Source: Methanoregula sp.
GTDB taxonomy: Archaea > Halobacteriota > Methanomicrobia > Methanomicrobiales > Methanospirillaceae
Assembly (NCBI GenBank): GCA_039698055.1
Contig: JBDKTL010000021.1
Location: 1-64,000, forward strand
Length of the DNA: 64,000 bases
Direction: 5' to 3'
Positions within the stretch are counted from its first letter, which is position 1; every line of letters starts with the position of its first letter. Below, in pieces: positions 9,314-18,411 of this stretch. Below the pieces are notes generated by a model. The model did not search any database, was not told where the DNA came from, and saw only the letters and a list, made by a program, of their open reading frames with translations. The translations under genes were made by a program, and so were the position numbers.

Positions 9314-10063
9314 ATGGACATTATCTATACCATCTGGCTCCGGAACATGAAGCGGTACATCCGGTCAAAAAGCCGTATCATCGGCAGCATCAGCATGCCG
9401 CTGTTCTTTTTGCTCTTCCTCGGCTTTGGCCTGAACTCGGTTGTTCAGCTGCCAAATCTTGGCGGCAATTATATCGTATTCCTGATCCCGGGCATGGTGG
9501 CGATGAGCGTCATGTTCACCTCCGTCTTCTCCGGCATCCAGGTCATCTGGGACAAGCAGTTCGGGTTTTTAAAAGAGACACTCGTTGCACCGGTCTCGCG
9601 GCTGGAGATTATGCTTGGCCAGACTGCCGGCGGGGCATCAACGGCAGTCCTGCAGGGATTCATGATCCTTATCCTCTCCCTGTTCATCGGTCTCCAGGTC
9701 TCAAACATCATCGGGTTTCTGGTCGCGCTTCTATTCATGGTGCTCATTGGCATCTCGTTTACTGCCTTTGGAATTGCGATTGCGTCGAGAATGGATGATA
9801 TGACCGGGTTCCAGCTGATTATGAACTTTGTCATCTTCCCGATATTCGGGCTGTCCGGGGCACTTTTCCCCATCAGCTCGCTGCCATCGTGGATAACGCC
9901 AATTATCCTGATCGATCCCCTGACATACGGTGTGGAAGGGATCCGGTATGGCCTGACCGGGGTATCCCAGATCAACCCGGTGATCTGCTTTGCGGTGATC
10001 GGGGGATTTGCGCTTGCCATGACTGTGGCCGGGGCATACCTTTTCCGGAAGATCAAGATATAA
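9314..10063 (+). CDS. ABC-2 type permease (DrrB-like)
   Basis: Six TM helices, GFLKETLVAPVSR, DPLTYGVEGIR. Confidence 0.95.
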   Translation: MDIIYTIWLRNMKRYIRSKSRIIGSISMPLFFLLFLGFGLNSVVQLPNLGGNYIVFLIPGMVAMSVMFTSVFSGIQVIWDKQFGFLKETLVAPVSRLEIMLGQTAGGASTAVLQGFMILILSLFIGLQVSNIIGFLVALLFMVLIGISFTAFGIAIASRMDDMTGFQLIMNFVIFPIFGLSGALFPISSLPSWITPIILIDPLTYGVEGIRYGLTGVSQINPVICFAVIGGFALAMTVAGAYLFRKIKI

Positions 10064-10668
10064 CCGGGCAGAAGAGATCGGTCGCGATCCTGTTGACCCT
10101 GCCGTGACGGATAATGCGGGTTGCCTCGATCCATGCACCATACTTTTTTTATAAGAATACAGCAGTCTTCAGCGACCTGACCCGTATGAAATGATTTTTA
10201 TGAGCACTCAGGTTGATTACCCGGGTTTTATGGGGTTGCCGACTGGGCAAGCCAGTTAAATATCGCAACGTCAGTAATCGATCCTGCAAGTTTTCGGATT
10301 GCGCTTTTCACATTTGCACTCTGTACAAAATCTGCTGTAGTTGGGGTAGATCCTTGGTTCGTTTACAAACCACAAGCAGTGTATTACGGGCAATTTTTTA
10401 ACGGTATAGAAAAACGGGGTGAAAACCGATACAGTGAAGGTAAATTAAATTAATCAGGGCATATGTGAGCAATTCTATAATAACAAGTGAGAATATGATT
10501 CCTCCCGAACGTGATCTTAAAATCGCAATTCCGTTATTAAGAACACCGGTAAATTTTAGGACAACATTTTGTAAAAATTACTCCTGATAACAGCGGGTGT
10601 TGTTGCTTTAATTATTGGCCTGAAACATGGACTATCGTAAATAATTTCAGTTCACCCTGTGGACCTAT

Positions 10669-11046
10669 TCAAAATGAAGAAACTGCTTCGAACATCGTAC
10701 GGATAAGATAGCTGAACGGATTTGTTTCAACACCACCCAGATAACGTATGCAAACGCTCCGTTTTTCAGGGCCTCTGCCATATCACTGGAGGAATTATTT
10801 TACCGTGAAAAAGATAAACGGGATTTCAATCCTGCGCCGTCTCAATGTATTCAGGAAGTCAAGCCCGCCCGGTCCTGGAAAATTATCTTCGGACACAATA
10901 ACATCGCTTGGTCGGGAGGCAAGGAATAAAAACACCTCGCATCATGATCGTGCAAAATGCATCGTTATTGGACATTTCTTGTCGCGGTTATAGGGAACAA
11001 TACTCCGCATCTCTGCATCATTGTCGATGTAAAGAGCAGTGATCAT
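10669..11046 (-). pseudogene. Degenerate response-regulator receiver domain (absent from ORF track)
   Basis: MITALYIDNDAEMR..FARS*CEVFLFLASRPSDVIVSEDNFPGPGGLDFLNTLRRRRIEIPFIFFTVK*, then frameshifted AEALKNGAFAYV. In-frame stops at 10942-10944 and 10795-10797. ATG overlaps the ATPase stop. Confidence 0.75.
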
Positions 11047-11750
11047 GGACCTGCCCCATGTCCCTCCTCCTGTATCCTTTCCTCGTCCAGCAGCCCGTCG
11101 CGGATAAAGATGATCCGGTCAAAGTACGACTGGTGCCATGGCTCATGCGAGACCATGACAATCGTCTGCCCGAGATCCCGGTTAACCGACCGGAATAGTT
11201 CGAGCACGGTCCGGGAATTCTCTGTATCGAGATTTGCACACGGTTCGTCCGCAAAGACGATCGCAGGTTTGTTCACCAGTGCCCGGGCGATCGAGACCCG
11301 CTGCTGCTCGCCGCCCGAGAGTTCGTACACGAGATGATCGAGCCGTTTTCCAAGCCCGACCTTCTCCAGCATCTCCGTTGCCGCAGCGTAACAATCAGGC
11401 AGGGGACGGCCCTGCGTGATTGCCGGGATCGCGACATTCTCTTGTACGTTCAGTTCCGAGACGAGCGCATAATCCTGAAAGACATAACCGAGATGCATAA
11501 GCCGGAAACGGGTACGAGCCTCGTCATTTAGCAGGGTGACATCCACGCCATCGATAAGGATCCTACCTGAAGAAGGCGTATCCAGAAGCCCAAGCTGGTG
11601 CAGGAGCGTGGACTTTCCGCTGCCGCTTGGACCCATAATCCCGACAAATTCCCCTTTGTCGATTTGGATCGAGACTCCTTTCAGCGCTGCAACCTCAACG
11701 AGGCCCATCTGGTAGATCTTTTTAAGGTTTGTGACCACGATCATGTTCAT
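11043..11750 (-). CDS. ABC transporter ATP-binding protein (LolD/MacB-like)
   Basis: GPSGSGKST, LSGGEQQRV, FADEP. Probable start MNMIVV at 11750 overlaps the permease stop (ATGA). Confidence 0.93.
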   Translation of the reverse strand: MNMIVVTNLKKIYQMGLVEVAALKGVSIQIDKGEFVGIMGPSGSGKSTLLHQLGLLDTPSSGRILIDGVDVTLLNDEARTRFRLMHLGYVFQDYALVSELNVQENVAIPAITQGRPLPDCYAAATEMLEKVGLGKRLDHLVYELSGGEQQRVSIARALVNKPAIVFADEPCANLDTENSRTVLELFRSVNRDLGQTIVMVSHEPWHQSYFDRIIFIRDGLLDEERIQEEGHGAGP

Positions 11751-12964
11751 CCCCTCATCGCATCGAGGATTTCTTCGTTTGCCACCTGGCGGGCCGGGAT
11801 GTAACCCGATATCAGGGATACCAGACAAAGAAGAACAATACTGACCGCCAAAGACTCATAATTGATCTCTGGCGTTAGATACCCCATCGGGAACCGGACC
11901 TTATTGACAGCAAGGATGAAGCTTATCCCGTTCAGCATCAGGATACCAGTGACGATCCCACAAGCGCACTGGAAGAGCACCTGGAGCAGGTAACTGCAGA
12001 CAATGATCTGTTTCCGGATGCCAATCGCTTTGAGGATCCCGATCTGCTTTTTCCGGTTGATGATGTTGATATATGTCACGATGAAAACCACGACGCTTGC
12101 CACAACAAGGGAGACCAGGGTCATGATGTTGTTTATGAGATTGAGACTTGAGATGGCGTCACCCAGAATGCCCTTCCCCTTCTCGCCCCAGGTCTTCACC
12201 TTCTCCTCCACGCCGTATTCCATGATCGCATACTTGAGCACTGGCGCGTCGTCAGCCGAGGTCCCCCGCACCAGGATCTCTGTGGCCGTATTTTCGGTAT
12301 GCATGATCGAATCCATCTCGTTCCGGGTGACAAATGCAGAGGAATCAATCAGGGCGCCCAGGCTCTCGTAAATCCCTTTTACCCGGTAAGTCTTCACCGC
12401 GCCGTTGCTGTAGGCCACCTCGACCCGGTCGCCGACTTTGACCCCGCCGAGTGATGGCAGCTTGTCCTGCGATTCGTCCTCGTTGCCGGCCAGGAGTGCC
12501 CCTAAGAGGATCTGGTCGGTGTCTCCTTTGGAAAGGTAGTCCCCATCTGTTATCACCAGCTGGTACTTAGTGACCCCCTGCTCGTCTACCGGGTCGAACG
12601 CCAGGAGAGATTTTGACTGGAACTTCCCGTTCCTGGTATTTGTTATGGTTACCCCGGTGCTGATGTGGGCTGTGACACCGGTGATGCCGGGAACCCGCTG
12701 GAGGCGCTTCACTAGACCGTCGGCATCTGAGATAGCGGTTTGTTTGTCTTTAGGTTCGATGGTCACGTGGCCGTACTGGTAATCGATCATCTGGTCGTTA
12801 TAGAGGGTTACGACTCCGCCGATGATCATACCGAGGAAATTCATCAGCACCACAACGAGGGCAATGATCAGGATGGTGAGGATGAGCGTGCTCCGGTTGC
12901 CGCGCCGGATCGCCCGCACGGCAAGGTAGAACGAGACCCGCCACCCGCCGCCATTATTCTCCAT
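11747..12964 (-). CDS. FtsX/LolE-like ABC permease
   Basis: One TM, large external domain, 3 TMs. RKKQIGILKAIG and YIPARQVA motifs. Confidence 0.92.
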   Translation of the reverse strand: MENNGGGWRVSFYLAVRAIRRGNRSTLILTILIIALVVVLMNFLGMIIGGVVTLYNDQMIDYQYGHVTIEPKDKQTAISDADGLVKRLQRVPGITGVTAHISTGVTITNTRNGKFQSKSLLAFDPVDEQGVTKYQLVITDGDYLSKGDTDQILLGALLAGNEDESQDKLPSLGGVKVGDRVEVAYSNGAVKTYRVKGIYESLGALIDSSAFVTRNEMDSIMHTENTATEILVRGTSADDAPVLKYAIMEYGVEEKVKTWGEKGKGILGDAISSLNLINNIMTLVSLVVASVVVFIVTYINIINRKKQIGILKAIGIRKQIIVCSYLLQVLFQCACGIVTGILMLNGISFILAVNKVRFPMGYLTPEINYESLAVSIVLLCLVSLISGYIPARQVANEEILDAMRG

Positions 12965-14330
12965 TCCTCTGCCTCGGCCGGATGCAAAGGAACCAGCAAC
13001 CGGCCCCCGCTATGATGAGGACGACCATGATTGCAACGATAACTGGCAACATCCCGGATCCCGGGAGGGTCGTGACCGTTGCCTGTTCCGTGATCGCGTG
13101 GGGGCCGAAGTCGTCATTGTACGTGATCGTCAGGTTGGCAGGAACTGTTCCATCCGTCGTGGCTTGCAGGTAGAAAATTGCCGGGGCATCGCTGTTCTTG
13201 TCGATTGAGCCGATAAAAGCGACATTTGTGCCGGTAAAGGGGCTTTCGAGGGCGGCCTTGATGGAGGAAGCCTGATCGGTGCCGGTATTCTCTACCCGGA
13301 TAACCAGCGTAAACGCATTGCCCGGTACCGGGCGGACCGGATCAGTGGAAAAGGACTTGACTGCGATAGCCGCCTTACCCTTAACCGGTATACCGATTGT
13401 CTCGACCTGATGTTCCATGGTCCCGTCCGGGTTCCGGTAGGTAATGGCGAGCGTGACCGGATCGATACCGATAGGAGTATTCTTGTCGGTCGCGAGACGA
13501 AGTGTAAGGTTCGTCCCTTCGCCAGGATCGAGATGTTCCATATAATAATGGCCGGCCGTTGTGAGGACGAGAGACTTTATCGTTGAATTGAGATCCATTG
13601 CAATATCGCTCGCCCGGGTCAGCCCGACGTTTGTGATGTTGATCGCTACTATGCAATTCTCACCGGGTGCGACCCGGTCAGGCAGCTGCTGCGAGACAAA
13701 GAGAGCCGGTTTTTTCTGGGTCGAGATGTCGGTATTGACGTTAACCGTAACCGGGTACCGGGTGCTCCTACCGTCTTTCACATCAATCCAGGCCTCCGGG
13801 AAATAGATCCCGTCCTTTGCAGGGGCACGGATAACAAAAGTCACCGGGACGGCCTGCCCGGGGCCGAGCTCCCCGAGCCGGTCGAAGTCTTCTGTCAGGA
13901 CAGCGATGCCGTTGCCTTCGAGGTGTATATTCTCAATAAAGACATTGATGTCCGTACTTTTCGTGCTGGCAAAGGCGCCACCGGATGTGGGACCGCTGTT
14001 TTCTTTCATCGAAGCGCTCTCTGCGGTATTTTTAATGGTGAGCGTGACCGTTCCCATATCCCCGGGCAGGAGTACCGCGGGAGTTACTTGATAGCCGGTG
14101 ATAATGACCGTAGGATTTGTCGTGCTTCCCTCGTTATCGATCGCTCCCGACGGCACTACCAAGAATACCATCACTGTGAGCAGCAGAAACGCATGGATCC
14201 ACCCCATTATTCCATCCATGGTGCTGCCGAGATTTTTCCTGTGCTTCCCGTCTTTTTTGTCGCGTGATTCTTCCTGCAAAATCTCCATCTCCTCCGGAAT
14301 TTTTTCTGTCCTGCGGACTTCATGTCCCAT
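12954..14330 (-). CDS. COG1361 S-layer-like secreted, membrane-anchored protein
   Basis: Repeated Ig-like PG..xTLxIxNTG units and a C-terminal TM. True start may be ~14219. Confidence 0.8.
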   Translation of the reverse strand: MGHEVRRTEKIPEEMEILQEESRDKKDGKHRKNLGSTMDGIMGWIHAFLLLTVMVFLVVPSGAIDNEGSTTNPTVIITGYQVTPAVLLPGDMGTVTLTIKNTAESASMKENSGPTSGGAFASTKSTDINVFIENIHLEGNGIAVLTEDFDRLGELGPGQAVPVTFVIRAPAKDGIYFPEAWIDVKDGRSTRYPVTVNVNTDISTQKKPALFVSQQLPDRVAPGENCIVAINITNVGLTRASDIAMDLNSTIKSLVLTTAGHYYMEHLDPGEGTNLTLRLATDKNTPIGIDPVTLAITYRNPDGTMEHQVETIGIPVKGKAAIAVKSFSTDPVRPVPGNAFTLVIRVENTGTDQASSIKAALESPFTGTNVAFIGSIDKNSDAPAIFYLQATTDGTVPANLTITYNDDFGPHAITEQATVTTLPGSGMLPVIVAIMVVLIIAGAGCWFLCIRPRQRNGE

Positions 14331-14345
14331 TTATAGTGTACAAAT

Positions 14346-14380
14346 GTTCAATTTGTTAAACTTATGTTTAGTTATTGAAC
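14346..14380. promoter_or_regulatory. Inverted repeat, candidate TetR operator in divergent promoter
   Basis: GTTCAAT-ttgt-TAAAC-ttat-GTTTA-gtt-ATTGAAC. Confidence 0.55.
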
Positions 14381-14426
14381 GGTGTTTCATTTTTTCAAAC
14401 ACAAGGTGAATATATAATCCCGCCAA

Positions 14427-15032
14427 ATGGTTGTACAGATGCCACGGATCAATGCGGAATATCGCGAGGATGCGAAGAAGAAGATCATTGCTGCTGCCCT
14501 TGAGATCGCAGCCGAGAAGAGCTGGGACGCGGTGACGATGGAAGCGATCGCCAAGAAAGTGGGGGTCACCAAAGGTGCACTTTATGCCTACTTTGAGAAC
14601 AGCGAGGCACTGTTGCGTGAGGTAAGTGTCGAGTTGATCCGAAAGATCCGTGACGGTTTTACATCAGTCTTTGACAAAGATGAGGACATTCATGTCGTCT
14701 TAGAAAAAATTGCCGGTTTCATTTTCGACGATCAAAGGCCGTACGCTTCTATCTTCATCCAGTTCGTTTCCCGGCTTCCCCAGGACAGCCGTTTCCGGGA
14801 CCAGTTCTCCCGCATGTTCGATGAGAATATTCTTTTGGTCGCAGAATATCTTGCGCGTAAGAAAGATGAGAACCAGATCCACCCGGCAACTGATCTGGAT
14901 AGTGCAGCTCGTGCTATTCTCGGGGTCACAATCGGGCTGCGCATCACCGAAGTCGTTCTCGGCAAGGATGCCAGGAAAACAAAACAAGTCTGGATCGAAT
15001 CGGTGGAGCGAATCCTCGGGACAGGCAGGTGA
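14427..15032 (+). CDS. TetR/AcrR family regulator
   Basis: IIAAALEI..VTMEAIAKKVGVTKGALYAYFENSEAL. Confidence 0.95.
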   Translation: MVVQMPRINAEYREDAKKKIIAAALEIAAEKSWDAVTMEAIAKKVGVTKGALYAYFENSEALLREVSVELIRKIRDGFTSVFDKDEDIHVVLEKIAGFIFDDQRPYASIFIQFVSRLPQDSRFRDQFSRMFDENILLVAEYLARKKDENQIHPATDLDSAARAILGVTIGLRITEVVLGKDARKTKQVWIESVERILGTGR

Positions 15033-15813
15033 GTTATCTACACAGGCATAGAAGATCTTTTTCTCCTGCCTATCCCTGCCAACTTCGATGGGATCACCAC
15101 GAAGGGATTCAGGTTCATAGTCAGGTATATTGCTATAGGTGAGGGTATTCAATATATCGCCCTTGGTATCAGCTTACTCGTATGAAAAGTCGATTTCCCG
15201 CATTTTTCTCTACGAGCGAAGTACATCGTGAGAGGAGAGGAGAACAGACTCCATTCAACTTATGTACTCCAAAGATGGTTTCCCCAAGTGGGGCGTCCCG
15301 GACTGGTCCCTTTTACCGGTTTTTTAAGTGATGCATATCATCCACCGCCTCACGTTTCCTGTAATACATTACCACCCTCCTGATCATATTCACTAACGTG
15401 GAGATCTGTTTCCAGATATCCCGGTTTTCCGTGAGAGATTCAAAGGGTCCAAAAAGGCAGCAGTACACGCAATTTTTCGGAGATTCTCAATACCAGAATA
15501 AAGAATGAACGGTTAAGGTCTTCCCGGAGATTGGTCTATCGTGGATGGGCATCTGATGAAGCAGGGTCGATTTGCAGATCACGGTTGACCTTCTCCCGGG
15601 TCCGCCAGAGCGCTTCCCGCTTAAAGGTACACAACGGGGATCTCCGGGGCCAACGAAGATTATGGGTGAGTGTATCCACGCCAGGTAATCTATATTTTTT
15701 TAAACAAATCTAGATACAAACTGAAAACTATATTCCCATGAAAAACATATCAGATAATAGAAGGTTCCGGCAGGATTTTTTAAAGCGGAAACATGATACA
15801 AGCGGACAGGTGA

Positions 15814-16983
15814 ATGATGCCAACCCGGGTTTTCATTGTCGAGGATGATCCAATCATTTCCCACCTTATCCAGCAATTCCTCACCATGAAAGGCTACGTC
15901 ATCGCCGGTACTGCGGAATCCGGGGATGAAGTGCTGGGTAAAATCCCTGTCACACCGTGCGATATAATCCTGATGGATATTGGCCTTAAGGGAGATGCCG
16001 ATGGCATAACCATTGCCCGCATCCTCAGTTCGCGGAACAGGATCCCGATCATATTTGTATCCGGAGAATTTAACGAAAAGATTCTGGAACGCGCCAAGAC
16101 CCCCAACACGTATGGCTTTATCATCAAACCCTTTTCATCAAACGACCTCATCTCCAATATTGAGATCGCGCTCTTGAACTACCGGTTCCGGACTGAACAG
16201 TCCCCGGAGCAGGAACCTGTGCACGCCGGGGTGAACAGACCGGATGCGAACGCTCAAATGGTCACGCAGCCGGGAAACGTGATGCCGGCCTATAATCACG
16301 TACGGCAGGAAGGGCTGAAATCGGTCTACGATCATGGGCTGTATTACCAGTCCCGGGGCAATTACCCGGCAGCGCTGCAGTGTTTTATCGAGATCCTGGA
16401 ACATGATCCTGATGACGCCTCCATCTGGACCGAAAAAGGGGATATTCTCCAGAACATGGGAAGGACAAGCGAGGCGCTCGTGGCGATAGACACAGCCCTT
16501 CGTCTCGACCCGGCAAATGAATACGCGCTCTGTAAGAAAAGCCGGATCCTCTGCAGTGCTGGCAGGCATGCCGATGCACTGGCCGTGATAGAGATCGCTC
16601 TTGGGATAACCCGGGATAACCTGACTCTCCTTGTAGAAAAAGGAGTGATCCTGCATGAGATGGGAAAAAATGAGGACGCGATCAGGATCCTGGACCACAC
16701 TATTGAAATGAACGCGAGATCCGGTTATGCCCTCGGGGCTAAGGGCCGGATCCTGGGTAAGATTGGTATGAACAAGGAGGCAATGGCCGTATTTGGAAAA
16801 GCCCTGAATTACGAACCGAAGAATATTTCACTCTGGATGGATTTTATCCGGCTGTTCGAGCAGAAACAAAATTACCATACGGCACTCAATATCATCCAGA
16901 TGGCAATCGAGAAGAACCCGCAGAATGAAATTCTCGCCATGAAGCGGGATAACCTGTTGCACAAGACAATTCCGGTTTCATAA
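15814..16983 (+). CDS. Response regulator receiver domain fused to TPR repeats
   Basis: VFIVEDD, DIILMDI (phosphoacceptor Asp), FIIKPF, followed by ~6 TPR repeats. Confidence 0.92.
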   Translation: MMPTRVFIVEDDPIISHLIQQFLTMKGYVIAGTAESGDEVLGKIPVTPCDIILMDIGLKGDADGITIARILSSRNRIPIIFVSGEFNEKILERAKTPNTYGFIIKPFSSNDLISNIEIALLNYRFRTEQSPEQEPVHAGVNRPDANAQMVTQPGNVMPAYNHVRQEGLKSVYDHGLYYQSRGNYPAALQCFIEILEHDPDDASIWTEKGDILQNMGRTSEALVAIDTALRLDPANEYALCKKSRILCSAGRHADALAVIEIALGITRDNLTLLVEKGVILHEMGKNEDAIRILDHTIEMNARSGYALGAKGRILGKIGMNKEAMAVFGKALNYEPKNISLWMDFIRLFEQKQNYHTALNIIQMAIEKNPQNEILAMKRDNLLHKTIPVS

Positions 16984-17160
16984 CGTTCGTCCGTTTTTCT
17001 CCTTGGAACCGGATTTTTCCCCACGATCTTTTTAATGAACTCAAAAGGGATGATACGGGTTGCCATAAAAAAAAGTGCCCCACATTATCCCTTTACCGTT
17101 GGTCGATGCCGGGATTCTTTTTTTAAAACAAACACATAGTCAACTGTGACTTTTTTAGAT

Positions 17161-17323
17161 TGATGCAAACTTGCGTTAGGCCCCTTAATGGGGCCCCCTC
17201 AGTGGAACGTCTGCATTCAAGAAAACACGTTGCTCCCCCACTGGGGGGAGGGGGGTCACCTTCGCAAAGCGAGGACGGGGGTCGCCGCAGCGATCCCCCC
17301 AAGGGGCGGGCGCGCCCGCCCCT
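17161..17323. other. GC-rich tandem hairpin array (structured DNA/RNA element)
   Basis: Six to seven consecutive stem-loops, including the perfect 22-bp palindrome AGGGGCGGGCGCGCCCGCCCCT at 17302-17323. Confidence 0.7.
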
Positions 17324-17497
17324 CTCGGCTACTATAGACTAATTCGGAATGAGACGCTTAAACATGTAAATGGTGTAACTCTAAATGCCCTCTTGCTAGG
17401 CTCATATAGAATAAGTCACAGCAACAAAAGGCAACACATCAAAAACGATACAGAAAGAAAAAAAATGCCTCTATAGAAATGCTATGGAATTATCTCA

Positions 17498-17686
17498 TTA
17501 TTTACTGCCCCATTTTTCTTTAAAAGGGACCAGGTCATCAGCTGTTAACTTTCCAGAACTTTTAAGGCTCTTACACTTCTTTTTTTTAATATTATAATAT
17601 CTGTTTGTACTCTTATCGATAATCGTTACTTCATCTATACGACAGTTATCCCATGCTTCTTTTTTTGTTTTATACGGTATTCCCAT
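17498..17686 (-). CDS. Small basic hypothetical protein (62 aa) in AT-rich islet
   Basis: Clean ORF with an upstream ATATATAAT tract. Markedly more AT-rich than flanking genes. Confidence 0.5.
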   Translation of the reverse strand: MGIPYKTKKEAWDNCRIDEVTIIDKSTNRYYNIKKKKCKSLKSSGKLTADDLVPFKEKWGSK

Positions 17687-18254
17687 TTTGATCGTTTTTT
17701 TTTTAGCTGTTAATTATATATATCATTATCTTTATGTGTTTTATTAAAAAAATATATTATTCGCGTTATAAAATCACCTAAAAATTATAATGAAAAGTGT
17801 TCGACATCTGAATTGAAACTCCCTTTCCAAAAACCCATTACATTTGTGTAGTTCCACAGTTAACAATGTATTATTTAAAAAAATCCCCTCGTCGTAAAAC
17901 AATCTCCAATCCAGCCCCCGTTTCAAAATCAAGCCCCGCATAATTTTTATCCGGCATCAACGTAAAAGCCCATTATTCGCATTCTGCAGCCAGATCTCAA
18001 ACCCTCCGCACCGTTTGGATTCCCACGACGATATTCGCGAAATTTCACCCAGCTTTCGGGGCTCGATAAAATCGTCCGTTTGCCAAAATAACGATAATTT
18101 ATGGACTTTTGCAAAATACGCCCAAATCGGGCTTCTTTTGAGTGCTCCGGACACTTATCCGGGCTTAAATTGAGCCCGGATGGGGGGCGGGTTATAATTG
18201 AGGTATGCACGGGGGCGACAATTTACAAGATCCCTCTACCCCAAAAACAGAAAA

Positions 18255-18339
18255 TGCGAGGGATGGGATTCGAACCCAAGAACTCCTTCGAGACCGGACC
18301 CTAAATCCGGCGCCTTTGACCAAGCTCGGCAACCCTCGC
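18255..18339 (-). tRNA. tRNA-Leu (anticodon TAG)
   Basis: GCGAGGG acceptor stem, CCGGA-TT-TAG-GG-TCCGG anticodon arm, long variable arm, GGTTCGAATCC T-arm, discriminator A, no encoded CCA. Confidence 0.97.
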
Positions 18340-18411
18340 GTGTCAGCTATATTTATCCGGGTGTATTATGAGCGTATCGACATACCGGGGATATCGATAC
18401 AGGGACGTCGG

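Noticed and set aside
10942-10944. In-frame TGA in the receiver remnant as a recoding site
   Set aside because: A further stop and frameshifts follow, so decay is the simpler explanation.
14700-15152. 150-aa minus ORF extending beyond tetR
   Set aside because: It mostly overlaps tetR antisense, has a TTG start without an RBS, and shows no motif.
17060-18339. Intact integrated element with att sites at tRNA-Leu
   Set aside because: No integrase and no second copy of the tRNA 3' end was found by eye.
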